A DNA stretch of 64,000 nt from Balanoglossus misakiensis (lineage: Eukaryota; Animalia; Hemichordata). A program made the translations under genes and the position numbers. Positions 25,601 through 38,153 of the stretch are shown piece after piece. The notes beneath the pieces are model-generated. The model searched no databases, was not told the origin of the DNA, and was given only the letters and a program-made list of their open reading frames with translations. Positions within the stretch are counted from its first letter, which is position 1. Each line of letters begins with the position of its first letter. Location of the stretch: the NCBI GenBank assembly GCA_040954595.2, contig CM082584.2:11932775-11996774 (forward strand), in the 5' to 3' direction.

Positions 25601-28600
25601 ACGCATATGAATTTTGACGGCCGTCTTACTGTGCGACGAAAATCGTTCTCTCGATTCAAACGAGCGAAACAAAAAGTCACAAAAATCAAACCAGAAATGA
25701 CCGACTTCAACTACCGCTGCATTGACAGGTGGCCAAGGCCTAATAATATAAGCGATGACATTGCAAGACACAAGCATCGCTAACTAATGATCAACTGCAT
25801 CCTGTCGGTCGCCAGAGACAGTTTCTGTAATGTGAATTAATGTAACCGGGAAACGCAGGTACTTCCACGCGTAATGACTTGCCCGATCACGTCGAGGAAG
25901 AGATTCTGTAAACTAATGACAGACGCAGCGTCGCCAGATGAAGACAGATGCGGCCGTCAAAAAATGGCAGCATCAAACTTCCCTATACGCAAATGACTCG
26001 CCTATCAGATGACCTTTCGTCTGGCAATTGCGCACGAGATGCGTTCCTCGATACCACCAAATAGTGACTTAACGAGATCTTCATCACCGCACCTGTTACC
26101 CTCCCAACCAAAAGAGTCGCCATAATTGGAGATGCCCCAGTCACCTGGCATCGTTAGCCAGGTACCGGTTACATCTGAGCGTACGCAGGAGCAACGGTTG
26201 GTGGAGATGCGGTGGAGACATCGCGCAGCCCATCATAGTTACTTGTAACCATAAACTTTACAGGGCCATGTTACAGGTGGAGCGAAATTCTAGTGACACA
26301 TGGGTCTGATCGTGTAGTGGTCAAAAACGCTAATCTCGAATCTTACCGCTAAACGTTTTTCTGTTCTTACATACATGTCAGATTGAATCTGATCCTGTCT
26401 TTCATGTGTAGCAGAGGTTACCTAACCATAAATCTTTGTGTAATCTGCCAAAAGAGCATGGTTGTTCCGGAAGGGAAGCTTTCTGAGGCTGTCTTCACCC
26501 AAATTAGCTGACGAGGCGTATAATCACGACTTGCTTTCCCAATTTCCAGCTTCCCCGTACAGAAACACTAATTATAGTCTGGCAACATCTGTGAAAAATA
26601 GGACGTTTTCTGCTTTCGCGTTATAAATCACGCTTTTTGAGTCGAAGAACAGAAAATACACATCCGCTATCTGGTTCACGTTTCATTGTTCGGTTGGGGA
26701 CTTCCAAATTGATTATTTGCAGAGGTAATTTCCATTGCTCAAAATGTCTACGTACTAATTTAGCAGATATCCATCTACATTTCCGCTTTGAAATCACCTC
26801 ATGTCGATCTGAAACGATCTGATATTTTGATATTTAGATTGATGGCAGGGAGCAAACCACCGCCTTGTTATTGTTTTTGATTTATCGTTGAATCTGATAA
26901 ATCAATGTTTGCTTCAAAGTCCCCATGGGGAATTGTACCCAGCGAAACATGAAATGGGGGACATTCTACAAGTTTCTGGTATTCTCTGATCTTGTTACCA
27001 TGGTGATTCTTTTTTCTAATTGCAGGAATGGGTTGACGAGTACATGACATGGAATGCGTCAAATTTCGGTGGTCTGGAATACTTCAAAATACCATCGGAT
27101 AGACTCTGGATGCCTGATATAGTACTCTATGACAAGTAAGGGGAGAACCATTTGATTTTTAAGGGGGGGGGGGTAGTTTCGTAATTCTATGGTATTTTTT
27201 AAAAATATAGGTAAACACAAGCCATGTCATTCATTTTTAAAGTTTCCAATTTATCTGACTTCTGTTTATTTTAATATCAGCGCCGACGAAAAATATGAAG
27301 ATTATCGGAAGGGTCAGATTTGCGTGGTGTACTACAACGGATTCGTCAACTGGGCGGCACCGGTCATCTTCAAAAGTTACTGCAAGATCGACGTCAGAAG
27401 ATTCCCGTTCGACAAACAGGAATGCCCGTTCAAGTACGGGCCCTGGCAACACGACGGAACCGAAGTGGAGGTCCACGGCATCGGTACGTCTCTGTCACGT
27501 GACTTGGCAATTTGCATATACATGTACATGTACCACTTACATGTACTGGTATGTCGTTCGTGTGCAGACACTGGTGTTCCCCAGCTCGTGTTTATACTCG
27601 ATTTTTATCCTCCATTAATTCTGTCTACTCAGGGCACGGCATACCATCGCGTATCTCAATATCTCCATCATTATGTTTCGATGTAAGCAGGGGTTGATTA
27701 TGCCCAAGGCGTTGTTGGCTAATTAACGCTATCAGTCTCTGACATCACTTTCAAACCCAGCTGCAACGAGGCGTTCTTGAGCACCGATACGGTTACTCAG
27801 ACATGCGCAGCGATTGCTATCTTCTTCAGCTGTCGCCTGATGCAATCAATGCTTCCGTTAATGACGGCAGTGTAATTAACCAAAGGCCAACAAAATGTTA
27901 GCGCGCCCGGCCCCAGATATATACTTGGTTGACAGGATCTCCCTGAACAGTTGGAAAAATGTCGATGGTTTGTGTATAAGCAAGAAATAGCACTTGCGCA
28001 GTTCAGACGACTCCTCCCTTTAATTTGGAGCGCGTGTTGTCGACTATTGGAATTTCATAGATTTTTTTCATACATTTTAGGTAACAATTCTGTGTTTCGA
28101 AGCGACGGCCAGTGGGACCTTGTCGAGCTGGAGGTACGAAACAACGTCGAGTTCTACCCAGACGCACCGGGGATCCCGTACACCGATGCCACCTTCGTAG
28201 TGCACCTCAATCGACGCCCCTTCTTCTATGTCTTCAACTTGGTCATGCCGTGCGTCCTGATTTCCATCTTCACCATGATAAGCTTTTTCCTGCCTGCCGA
28301 TTCCGGGGAGAAAGTCAGTTTTGGGATAACCGTGCTGCTCTCCTTGACGGTGTTCTTACTGCTGGTGGCTGAATCTATGCCCCCGACGAGTGACGTGCCC
28401 GTTATAGGTAGGCCTAAACACATTTCCACAGTTTCATCCTTCCTATACATCTACTCCTTCATAGAACATAGTGAGCAACTATCTGTGGTAACATATATAT
28501 ATTAAACGCCCCCCCCCCTCATTTTAACCCCAACGGATTAACCGACGCCATTCCCCCTCCCAACCCACAGAAACTGAACGGTCCCTGGTCGAGGGTCCCC

Positions 28601-30476
28601 AGGTGAGTTCACCGACATAAGAAGGCCAAGAAATGGCGAAAAGATCCTCCGTAAACGTCGATTTAGTTTCATTTGCAGTGAAAATCCCTCGACATTAAAG
28701 CTTTATTACCAATAACCTACACTGTAAAGATCTTCTTTCGTCCGAGGCAGTTGAGCAAAGCAATTTGGCGGTAAACGTTGTTAACATAACTCGTCTGGAC
28801 AGGATCGTTCGTTCCGTACTAGTACATGTATACGTCTGATCTCGCGTATCGTTTAAATTTGCGTACATAGAGAAACCTTGCCATAAAATTGTTCAGGATT
28901 TCAGCGACAGACTCATACGCTCCTGATCGCATGCTTGATTTCAAATGTCGTTCAATGATACAACACGTTTTCAAGGATTGGCCCCAATTAGGCTTGTGCA
29001 ATCAGACCGTCTAAAGAGTCATTTCCCAGTGAACGAGAAAATCGCCCACATATATTCACGTCAACGGGGCAGGCAAATAAACACCGGTAATAAACATATG
29101 TAGAAACGTGCTCCTCTGCCGGAACATCATTAGTTATCGGCGTCCGGAATTACAAACATCTCGCTATTCCAAATTGTCACCATTTAAAATGGAAAAAAGT
29201 GCAGAGTTACGTGGCTAAAATCTTAATAAAGTCGTTTCATTTCCCTGCCGACATTTTACCGTGTTTTGAAACATATTGACGACGTTAAGTAAACCCTGGA
29301 GGCACGAAGCGATTTTCATTCGAGTGGCGTGCGCGCCTCTGTCCCTGTGTCGGGTGAGCGAACATTTGAAATGGAAAGTTTAACAGAAAGAAACCCATTT
29401 GGTGCCAAGTTGGTCCCGCTGTAAACGTGAACGTCTTTCGAGCGCATGTTATATTTCGGAAGGCTCGCTATGATCATAATGATGATTATTATCGGAATTT
29501 AACCAGAGTCGTTGTGTCTACCGAATAGTAGCCAAAATGGCGAATGTCATGGGAAAGTTTCCTGTATTGGTATTTGTTCCGCCCAATTTACTTTAATCCT
29601 TGACATGGAAATTGAAGAATCAACAACTGATGCGCATCCTTACGACAGAGGGCAGGAAATTAAAATGACTCGGCTGAAATGGGTGGTGTAATCTTGAGAT
29701 ACCTGTTGATGTCTGAGAAGATTGGAGATAGACAGACAGAGACATGCATGCCGCCTCGGACAGACAGACAGACAAACAGAACTATACGGGCAAATGGGTT
29801 CGCACGTAACACAAAACCATTTACATCACTAAAATAGATGTGCACTGTGTATCTCATTGTGGATCCAAATGTTGTTTCTACAGGTCAATATACGGCGGCA
29901 ACAATGATTATGGTGTCGTTTTCTGTTTCCATGGCAATATTGACCTTGCACGTGCACCACCAAGGACCCAACGTCCGGCCTGTGCCGAGGTGGATACGAC
30001 GCTTTGTGCTCGGGTATCTGGCTCGCTGCATCTTCCTTTGCAGGGACAAGAAAATCTCCAAGCGCCACTTACGGGGATCCCGGTCCAGGGAGCATGTACC
30101 GACCATGGAATACACGGAGACGTGCAACTCGTTGCTGAGCAACCAGGACATGGAGGATAACGGGATTGTTATTCAGATGAACGGGCCAAACGACAGCATG
30201 AAGATCAACAACCCGAGTTCCGTGCTGCACACGTCGATGACGTCAGTTGTAAACAGACAGTCGTATCATTGTGGCCGCGACCAGCTCAAAGTCATGAACC
30301 AGATTTTGCAGCAGGTTCGAACTCTGACCGACAGATTTGAGGAGAGGGACAAGAAAATTGTCTGGCAGAACGAGTGGAAGGAGGTTGCAGAGGTCGTGGA
30401 CAGGCTTTTCATGATTATCTACGTCATAGGAACAGTTGCAACGATGTTGTTTATCGCGGCGCAGATCATGTACTGA
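16645..30476 (+). CDS. Cys-loop ligand-gated ion channel subunit 2, nAChR alpha9/alpha10-like non-alpha; tandem paralog of gene 1 (probable exon 1 at 7942-8080)
   Basis: Exons 16645-16784 (QYRLVQHLFKNYSSEIRPV..SKILEM), 20912-20956 (45 nt, DEKQQTLKVNSWLTL), 27026-27135 (110 nt), 27281-27483 (203 nt, Cys-loop CKIDVRRFPFDKQEC), 28081-28407 (327 nt, ADSGEKVSFG), 29884-30476 (EWKEVAEVVDRLF, TGA). Exons 3, 4, 5 (vs 5a) and 6 have the same sizes as in gene 1, and all phases match. Confidence 0.93.
17270..17668 (+). mobile_element. Probable Crypton-type (tyrosine-recombinase / DUF3504-associated) transposon 5' fragment in an intron of receptor gene 2
   Basis: ORF 17420-17668 contains RF-x(n)-NTRKSNRWGMFVWDE, which resembles the N-terminal NT-x-K-x-T-x-W-x-x-x-x-F-x-x-W motif of Crypton-derived proteins. 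Similarity stops at an apparent frameshift (gaattgg) and no recombinase domain follows. Boundaries are approximate. Confidence 0.45.
18420..18650 (-). mobile_element. Degenerate non-autonomous interspersed repeat (MITE-like), copy 2
   Basis: Reverse complement reads gtagtacgcacctcggg..ttttgaaac..gtgttca..gacataaca..gcggccattttgaat, collinear with 6926-7125, and ends next to ttaa. Confidence 0.55.
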
Positions 30477-31889
30477 GGGTTGCGGGACCGTGCGCTGGTT
30501 TTCATCACGTGCCGCTACCACGAACCAGATGCAAAGAAGTGGTCAAAATTAAACGCAATGAAGATTTCAGACTCGATGATTTTTTTAAAGTACCAAAGAT
30601 AAAGATATATTCAAATTCTTAGTGTGTTGTTTTTGTGCATTTAGTATCACCCACGTCTCTGGCAGATAGAGTGATACGACGTAATTTTTCAAGTCGTCTA
30701 TTTTTCAAGAGATTCGCCACTTGTGCTTATGCATACTAATATTGCATGCTGGGAACAAGCTCGAGAGTGTATTGTCACGGATCCAAGCAATAAGAGGAGT
30801 ACTGAGACTTTAAAAGGTAAAATAAAATGAAGTCGAATTATTATACTGTAAGTTAGGATAGTCAACAATGTGCACTTTCCACCCTTACAGTAGAAATTTA
30901 CCACCCTCTAAATTATTTGTAGGTAATGTATTAATGACAATTTTGATGTTTAAAACGTTCGTTACAGGATATTTACTCGTCTCAGTTTAGTTACAGCCCA
31001 AAGTATAGTAAAAGTAACGTGTTCCATTTTATATATTTTCTAGATGTTTTACAGTGCTTGGGTCAATTAAAAACACACCATTCGTCTAATTCTTCCCGGG
31101 GTATAATATCGAACTGACGCTTTTACTACGAAAACATTTCTTTTAATGTTCGAATATCAAACAAATATGCATGTTGGTTAGATGGTTTTGCTGTTGCCTT
31201 GGGGTTTCAAGTTGTATTTTTACAATTTCTTTATCCATAGAAACATTGGAACGCAAACTTCCATTCAACGTTTGTGCAAAAATGATTATTGGTGAATAAG
31301 AAAATTAATCAAAGACGAAAACCTTTTGTGTACATTTATTAATCTTCATTTGTGACTCGCTGAGTTACATCAAATAAGAAAAAATCTAAAACTAGTGACA
31401 TTGTGTATATCGTTCTGATTTATACAATACTTGTCTGGACTCATTTTGCGTAAGGGAAATGTAACCCTTTACTTTAAAAAAAACACGCTTTCGAATTCGG
31501 TTTAATTTGCACCGAAATACTTAGCAAAATTAGCCAATGCTTGTCAGCAATAATGTACAGGTTTCAGCTCTCTTGGATTTTAAATTTAAAGAATCAAAGC
31601 AAAAACAGTGATCAGAAATATAAGTTGCTATAGACAATAAAAACTTATTTCTCCCCAAAATAGTCCAACTATTTGTCTCTTTAATTTGGTTTATTCAGTT
31701 TGAACAGTATGTACAAATATTTCGTCCTCCAGACCAATAAATGACCAGTCCCTTGGTGGCGAACGCTTCCCTTGATTGGCAGACGGATAGTCACGCCCAC
31801 CCATATTACCATATTCATTGGACGGTTATGTGAGGTCGTTCACTTTGGTGTACTACGCGTTCACAATCTTTTCCAGACCTAATACTGCC

Positions 31890-33454
31890 ATGTCCGAAAA
31901 AGGCAAGTACCAATTATTTGTCCGTCTGTTCCATGTAATTGTTTTCACGGTGACGTTTCCCTCTTTCTGTGAAATCTGACCAGATGGCATTTTTTTAGTT
32001 TTAAGAAAAACGCCGGCGTTTCAAAGTTTCCTGTTCAAAGCACAGCTGTTGCCGACAATGAATACACGATGAATAGTTTTGTCCCCTTCACGACTTTCCA
32101 TACCCACAAGAGAAACTCTCTCCGTACTTGTGGTAGATCCACGTTACCCTTTGGGTGAACACACCATCGTGTGAATGTTACAATGTTCTGCTCGCTTCAC
32201 AGAAAACTTGGTCCCTCTGTCGTCCATCAATCACAGCCAATTTCAAACATCCAACAATGGTGATCCAGACTGCGTCGTAAGTACAGTCACAACGACAAAC
32301 ACGAGTGAAAGAGATATCCCATAAATTAAACAAAGCCTCCTTGTTCTACCTGTGGCTGTCGTGACCTGAGCTCATCCATTTTCCTGCGAAAAATACGAAA
32401 TTGACAGACAATCTTAGCTTTAACACGTCTTCCTTGCTATGTGAAATAACATTTTCCTGCCATTTTAGGGGCACGCTGTTTTTTCGCATTTTTACAATCA
32501 CACGCCTTACAAAACGGCTTTATTTTAATTCGCATAGGAGTTGGCTACACGCACGATGTGCTTCGTGTGTGTGAAGGAATATTTGAATCGACCATTGTGC
32601 ACGGCCGAACAATCACGGTCACTCCACCACGGAACAATCGACTCTTTGTAGTATAGCCAGCCAGTTTCGTGGCGACCATACACCTTCGCGTGTGGTGTTT
32701 TGGCAATTTAGATTACGGCTGTGGGCACTTGTAGATGCTTCAACACTAAGTCGTACTCGAAAGTGCCATATCCTTTGCTTGAAAAAGTTTGTTTTTAGAT
32801 TTATGCGAATCTTGCTGCACTTTCACCCAACAAATATATGCAACCTCCGCAGGCTCGCTTACAATTAAAAGCATGAATGAGACGCATGTTCTTTTTCTAG
32901 GTCGTCTTGCTTGACATGTGCATTGCATTGCTTTGCTTTCATGGTGTAGTGGGGTCAGACGCGACTCTAAATATCACTTGACCGATTTCAACACGTCATC
33001 GACCAACAGGTGACCCAGCTGGGATCCTGCACGTTGCAGCCCCACTCTGTCCACGTGACCCTGAAGCCACGCCCACCTTTGCTGAACCCTCCGAACGACT
33101 ACCTCTTTTTTGCCGTGTTCGTAACTCTGTGTTGTTTTTGGCCGACTGGACTCGTAGCCATCTTCCGTTCCATGGATGTAAGTTCACAATTTTCTTTAAA
33201 TCATTATCAACTTCCCACTATTTTTTATGTTCTAGAATAATTAAGTTTGTGAGAGAGGAAAGATGGAATGACCTCGGTTTGTGGGTGTTATTTGTACTCT
33301 GTAGGTCAGGAAAGCCTCGGCCGCCGGGGATGCGTACGCTGCCGTGGAAGCGTCGCATTCCACCAAACAACTTTCATGGATATCTCTCGGAGTGGGCATC
33401 ACAATCATCTTCGTCGTCTCCTTGCTCTACGTCATTTCCAAGCGTGCGTATTGA
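31890..33454 (+). CDS. CD225/dispanin family membrane protein (PRRT1/TMEM233/IFITM-like)
   Basis: Exons 31890-31902 (MSEK, GC donor), 32203-32276, 33010-33177 (PPNDYLFFAVFVTLCCFWPTGLVAIFRSMD, the dispanin CC motif), 33305-33454 (VRKASAAGDAYAAVEASHSTKQLSWISLGVGITIIFVVSLLYV, TGA). Phases join without stops. The first two exons are less certain than the last two. Confidence 0.85.
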
Positions 33455-33767
33455 GCATGCGCCACGCGAAAGATGGACCTCCGTTTAGATGGACCTGAAG
33501 TGTCGTCAAGACAACGAGATATCTGGGTAAACAAATATTGGAGGAGAACATAGGATATTTGCAATACAAATATATTTAATAAAATATCTGTGCCAAAAGT
33601 AGATATACCTGTACATATACTCAGGAAATTTCACAGGGTCAAATACAACTTAAATTTCCTAAAAGATCCCGGTAACACTCGTAATTCCAATTCAATGTTT
33701 GCATCTTGGACAAAAGAAAAACCGGCTTCTGTGTAAATGGCAGTGGGTATCCATTCAGAGTGAATGA

Positions 33768-36084
33768 TCACCTCCGCTGGGCTGCTTCAATGAGCCAATT
33801 CAGAGCGGGTACAACACCATCTAAATCTTGGATGACCGCATTGTGGGCCTGAAAAAAGAGCAACACACAAAATGAATGGAAAAGTTAAGTTCAGGTGTGC
33901 AGATGTAGACTGAAATAAAGCGTTACATGAGAAATCATTGTACGTTTTCATACAATTCATTCCTGACTACAGTAAACCAGCAAACTGGGATGACCAAAGC
34001 TTACCATCCACGGCCTGTTAAGTTTCTGTAACTTTAACTTGTCTACCACGTCAATGCAGGGTATCCTTGGCGTCGTCGCCATGGTGACACATGATAAGAC
34101 GAGAAGTGGAACATTCAGACTCTGCAGTGTATTCAGTTCACTCATCATGGCAATAAGTTCTGGCTTGCCAATGTCAACTGTGGGAGAATGAGGCTATGGT
34201 CAGTCCCTTAAACCAATCATTTACAACTGAAAATTAAAATGCTTGTGTTCTCAGCAAAATATTTCCGTCTGATACACCTTTTTTATTATTAAACATCTAA
34301 CTCACTGTAATTGGAACCAGCCGTGGCTTCTACGACAAAGATGAAACCATCGACAGTTTTACATAGTTCCTTGATGGAGTCTTGGAGTTCAAAGGTCACA
34401 TCATCATCTTCATCTCTTGAAGCAACGAGCAATCTGTTTCTTTCAGCCCTGTTTCCTAGGTTACCATTTTCTCTCTCCTTCCTGAAAGGGTTCGAATAAG
34501 TGTCTATGATTTCTTTAGGTTCATTTCGCTCATACCAACTCTCAAATCTACCGAAAATCATAAATTTGGTGGTATAAAAATCAATGCAAATCCCCTACTT
34601 ACTTGGTTGCTGAGTATAGTGTGATGAGTTTCATTTCTTTGGAGCTCTCTTTGATGTTGATTGAGAAACCAGAGCCGACTCCTACAACAAAACAATTTGT
34701 GTGTCATTAGTGACCAGTCATGAAAATACTGCTTCAGGTATAGCGCCCTCAGTGGTTACCCTCAGTGGTGCGCAACTACAAGTTCACTGCACTTACTTAC
34801 CCTCAATCTCACCAGGAAACATGCCCGTCACTTGAAACATAGGATTGCCGTTGAACAGAATGGCCCTGGTAATTCCCTTAACATTGGTTTCTAGGCCCGG
34901 TCCGAACATCACCAGACGTGGCGATTTCCTCGGGAAGAATGACCGCAGTAAGCTGGTGAACTGGAAGTGCCCAAATTTGCAATTGACTTCAGGATTGCAC
35001 CTTATATATCTGCGTCACGAATACAAACAAGTAAAATGAATTATGGACATAGTTCTGGAAAAACTGGCTGGAATTTACTCCCTCCATAGAAAAATCTACA
35101 AAAATGCATTATATTGACTTGTTCCCGGCTCAGTTCTCAGTGATCCGTCTAGATCATCAACTACCATTGTGGATGTCCCGTTTTCAAACTTTACCAGACA
35201 CTTACATATTTTTATTGGTCAGGTCAGAGTTGACATCCACATAGGTCAGAGGACAAGACCTGTGTCCAATTTTGTCCCATTCCACCATGTCCTTTTCCAG
35301 GAGGGCTTTCCATAATAAATTGTCATTGGCTATTGCATTCCAGTAGTGGGAGGTTGACGCCACCCTGGCCAGGTCAGTCGCACGTAAGAAGGAAAATATG
35401 TAAAGTTGTATGTAGATCTAGAAGAAAAATAATCAATTGAATCTGTTAAATCTGGGGACTTTTAAGAATGTCAGACCCGACATGGTTGTTATACTTCGTG
35501 TTTTCGTTTTTATTAAAAGCTGTCGGTGGCTTCCAGTCAGCTCTCATTAAAAACTATTAGTGTGACAACAGTTTCATGACCAAAAATTGACAATATAATG
35601 GTATGGTAGTCGTCCGCAATCAACAGGTGTCAAACCGTGTTACGATCAGTTCAACGTTCATGTTACAGACCAAATCTGGCGGTCGCATTAAAGACACGAG
35701 ACCGAAAAGTTTGAAAGTACTTACCGGCAGGCCAGAAAAGCCAATTTCTGTCCCCAGAGTTTCACAGTCTTCGCATTGGTCATGATTCAGTGTTCCCATT
35801 TCTACATCTTGATCATCGGGTTGGTGTTGGGTGACAGAGTTATATAATTTCAAGGCGAAACTGAGTGACGATGTAATAGCCGATTGTAAGTTAAAAACTC
35901 CTTCTTGTTCTTTCCTTCTCTCTAAAATCGACTTAATGTCCTCAACGCTCAATTCATTCCCGTACATGGTTACGAGGAGACGTATTGCTTGCACTGCACT
36001 GAATGCGAGTCTATGTTTTAATGTGCTGTCGAGATCACTGCACTTGCTTGTATATGTATTCGTACGTGATATCTTCCAACGCAT
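33768..36084 (-). CDS. FBXO4: F-box only protein 4
   Basis: Exons (minus strand): 36084-35725, 35417-35206 (F-box LP|IYIQLYIFSFL..LLWK), 35009-34801 (PRLVMFGPGLE), 34681-34603 (GVGSG..LITLYSATK), ~34546-34305 (LCKTVDGFIFVV), ~34178-33996 (PLLVLSC..LNRPW), 33848-33768 (TGA). These motifs match vertebrate FBXO4. Confidence 0.88.
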
Positions 36085-36223
36085 AAGTTCCAACGTGGAG
36101 CTGCTGAAAATAACAACATGACGTCATGGGAACACTTCCGCATTGCTGACGCGACGAGACTCTCGCAAAATCGCGGATATAACTTGACGGGAGTGACCTT
36201 TCAACGTGAAAGCGAGGCTGTGA

Positions 36224-36240
36224 CCTCTTCGCCCTTTCTG
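36224..36240 (+). promoter_or_regulatory. 5' terminal oligopyrimidine (TOP/TCT-type) start region of RPL37, inside the FBXO4/RPL37 divergent promoter
   Basis: Pyrimidine run cctcttcgccctttct lies just upstream of the ATG|gtgagt first exon at 36251, as is typical for ribosomal protein genes. Confidence 0.6.
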
Positions 36241-36250
36241 GTCAAACAAG

Positions 36251-37652
36251 ATGGTGAGTGTTTGAGTATAGTGAAATAAATCGGTTCCATCTCGGACAAA
36301 GTTTGATAGTATGGGTACATCAAGTGAGCTCAGGCATACAATGTAATCATGTGGTTGTGTTTTTGTCAATTTTACAATAATATCTTGGGTGTATTTTTTC
36401 TGATGACATTCCAAATCCACCACTACCATCAGCATCTGAGTCCACAATGTGCATTGCGATCCGCCACCGATGCTAGTATGCTTGAGCTCTTCAATAATAT
36501 TCAGGGCCAATAAACAAAGGGTGACATAATGAAATATCTCAAAATGCAAATGTTCAAACCGGTCCCATTACGGTGACGGGTACAGATAGGAAACTCTGCT
36601 GTTCATTGCAGATTATGATCGAGAGGAGCTGGGGGTGAAGGGGGGGGGGGGTGTCGTAACCCACTCACTGATTAGTCAAATGCCTTATCCAGTTTACCAA
36701 GCCAAGATCAAATGGCATGGACAACTCTCATAGTCTCTTCATTGAATGGTTTATAGTTCTGTCCACTGTCTGTAGCGTCAGAGGACCCCAGATCACAGTA
36801 TCAAACGACTATAGAGACAGCAGGAGGGTTTGAGGGAACACTGGAAATAGTGTACAGTAATCGGAGAGGGGGGGGGGGGGGTAATGTACCTGCTACATAC
36901 ACTGAAAGTGAACCAATGTATACCACATGAATTTTTACCCACTGATTGTTGTCATATATTTGTTTCACAGACAAAGGGTACATCCAGCTTTGGGAAGCGG
37001 CACAACAAAACACACACTGAGTGTCGTCGCTGTGGTGGAAAGTATCACATCCAAAAGAAGAAATGTAGTTCTTGCGGCTACCCCAGTAAGAGGATCAGAC
37101 ACTGTAAGTTGGACTACCAAGATTATACATATCTTGTAATTTCTTTTCAAAACAAATTTATTTTTACCAATTCATGCCATGTCTGTCTCTGTGTAACGAC
37201 CATTCTCTCCTGTTGATTTTTCTCATCAGACAACTGGAGCATTAAAGCTAAGAGGAGGAAGACAACTGGAACTGGTCGCATGCGTCACTTGAAAGTTGTC
37301 CAGAGAAGATTCAGGTAAGCTGCAGTCTACTAATCTGAGTTAGCATTTTCACCAAAGCCAAGTATTGTTTTGTCAGGCATAAGATTGTGATATTCATTAA
37401 GGATAGTTGCTTGTTGGGCTGTGAGAACTCCTAACCAGAATATCACTGGCAACAGTTATGGACACTCCTTGACATCACACACACACAGTCAGTCAGTCAT
37501 CCTTGCACACATTTGGGAGAAAATGGTGACTTAACCCGTGTTATCTTTTTCTCCGTAGGAATGGTTTCCGTGAGGGCACAACACCAACACCACGTAAACG
37601 AGGCGGTGCACCAGCTGCTGCTCCCCAATCAACCGCTGTCGCCAAATCCTAG
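36251..37652 (+). CDS. RPL37: 60S ribosomal protein L37 (eL37)
   Basis: Exons 36251-36253 (ATG only), 36971-37103 ([29 protein letters not shown]), 37230-37314 ([21 protein letters not shown]), 37559-37652 ([12 protein letters not shown]). AATAAA at 37738. Confidence 0.97.
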
Positions 37653-38153
37653 ATGATGAGACTCGAAAAAAAAAGATCCTTTGACGAGTTCTTCATCTAA
37701 CGTGTATATGTAAAGATTGTTTGCAATTTGTAAGGCCAATAAAAAGTTTGGTGGAACAGTCAATCTGGTTTCTGTGATTCATTAAATGGTCTTTTCCAAC
37801 TGTTATAGGAAGAAAGAGGTCCACAAATAATTTTGAATTTGGTCATGATATTTATTTATTTTGACAAGCTTTCCGTTAACTCCTGCCCTGATGGTAGTGG
37901 ACTTGAAAATTGTCCACTGTAAGTACACAGATGTGTGTCAGTCCAACAGTCTCGAATATCCCTGAGAAAGAAAAATTATGTTCACTCTGTCAGCAAGAAG
38001 CTGCTGATGTCCATCTACCCAGCCAATACCACACTCCTGATCTACATCAGTCCCGGGCCCGGTAACAACAGAACTGCTAGGCATCAGAACCCAACTACGG
38101 AATGTTTGCCTGCATTCTTTCCTTGCTTTCCCATCCATTCCCGTCCAGCCAAG

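Noticed and set aside
36400-36440. TGATGA...CTGA in RPL37 intron 1 as a C/D snoRNA
   Set aside because: The boxes are only about 40 nt apart, there is no terminal stem, and no plausible guide sits directly next to the D box.
36124-36549. 141-aa minus-strand ORF over the RPL37 promoter and first intron
   Set aside because: It is antisense to RPL37 exon 1, lacks an ATG start and shows no homology; likely a shadow ORF.
36718-36832. Two adjacent hairpins ending near ACA in RPL37 intron 1
   Set aside because: There is no H box between the hairpins and the ACA lies inside the stem, so it does not fit an H/ACA RNA.
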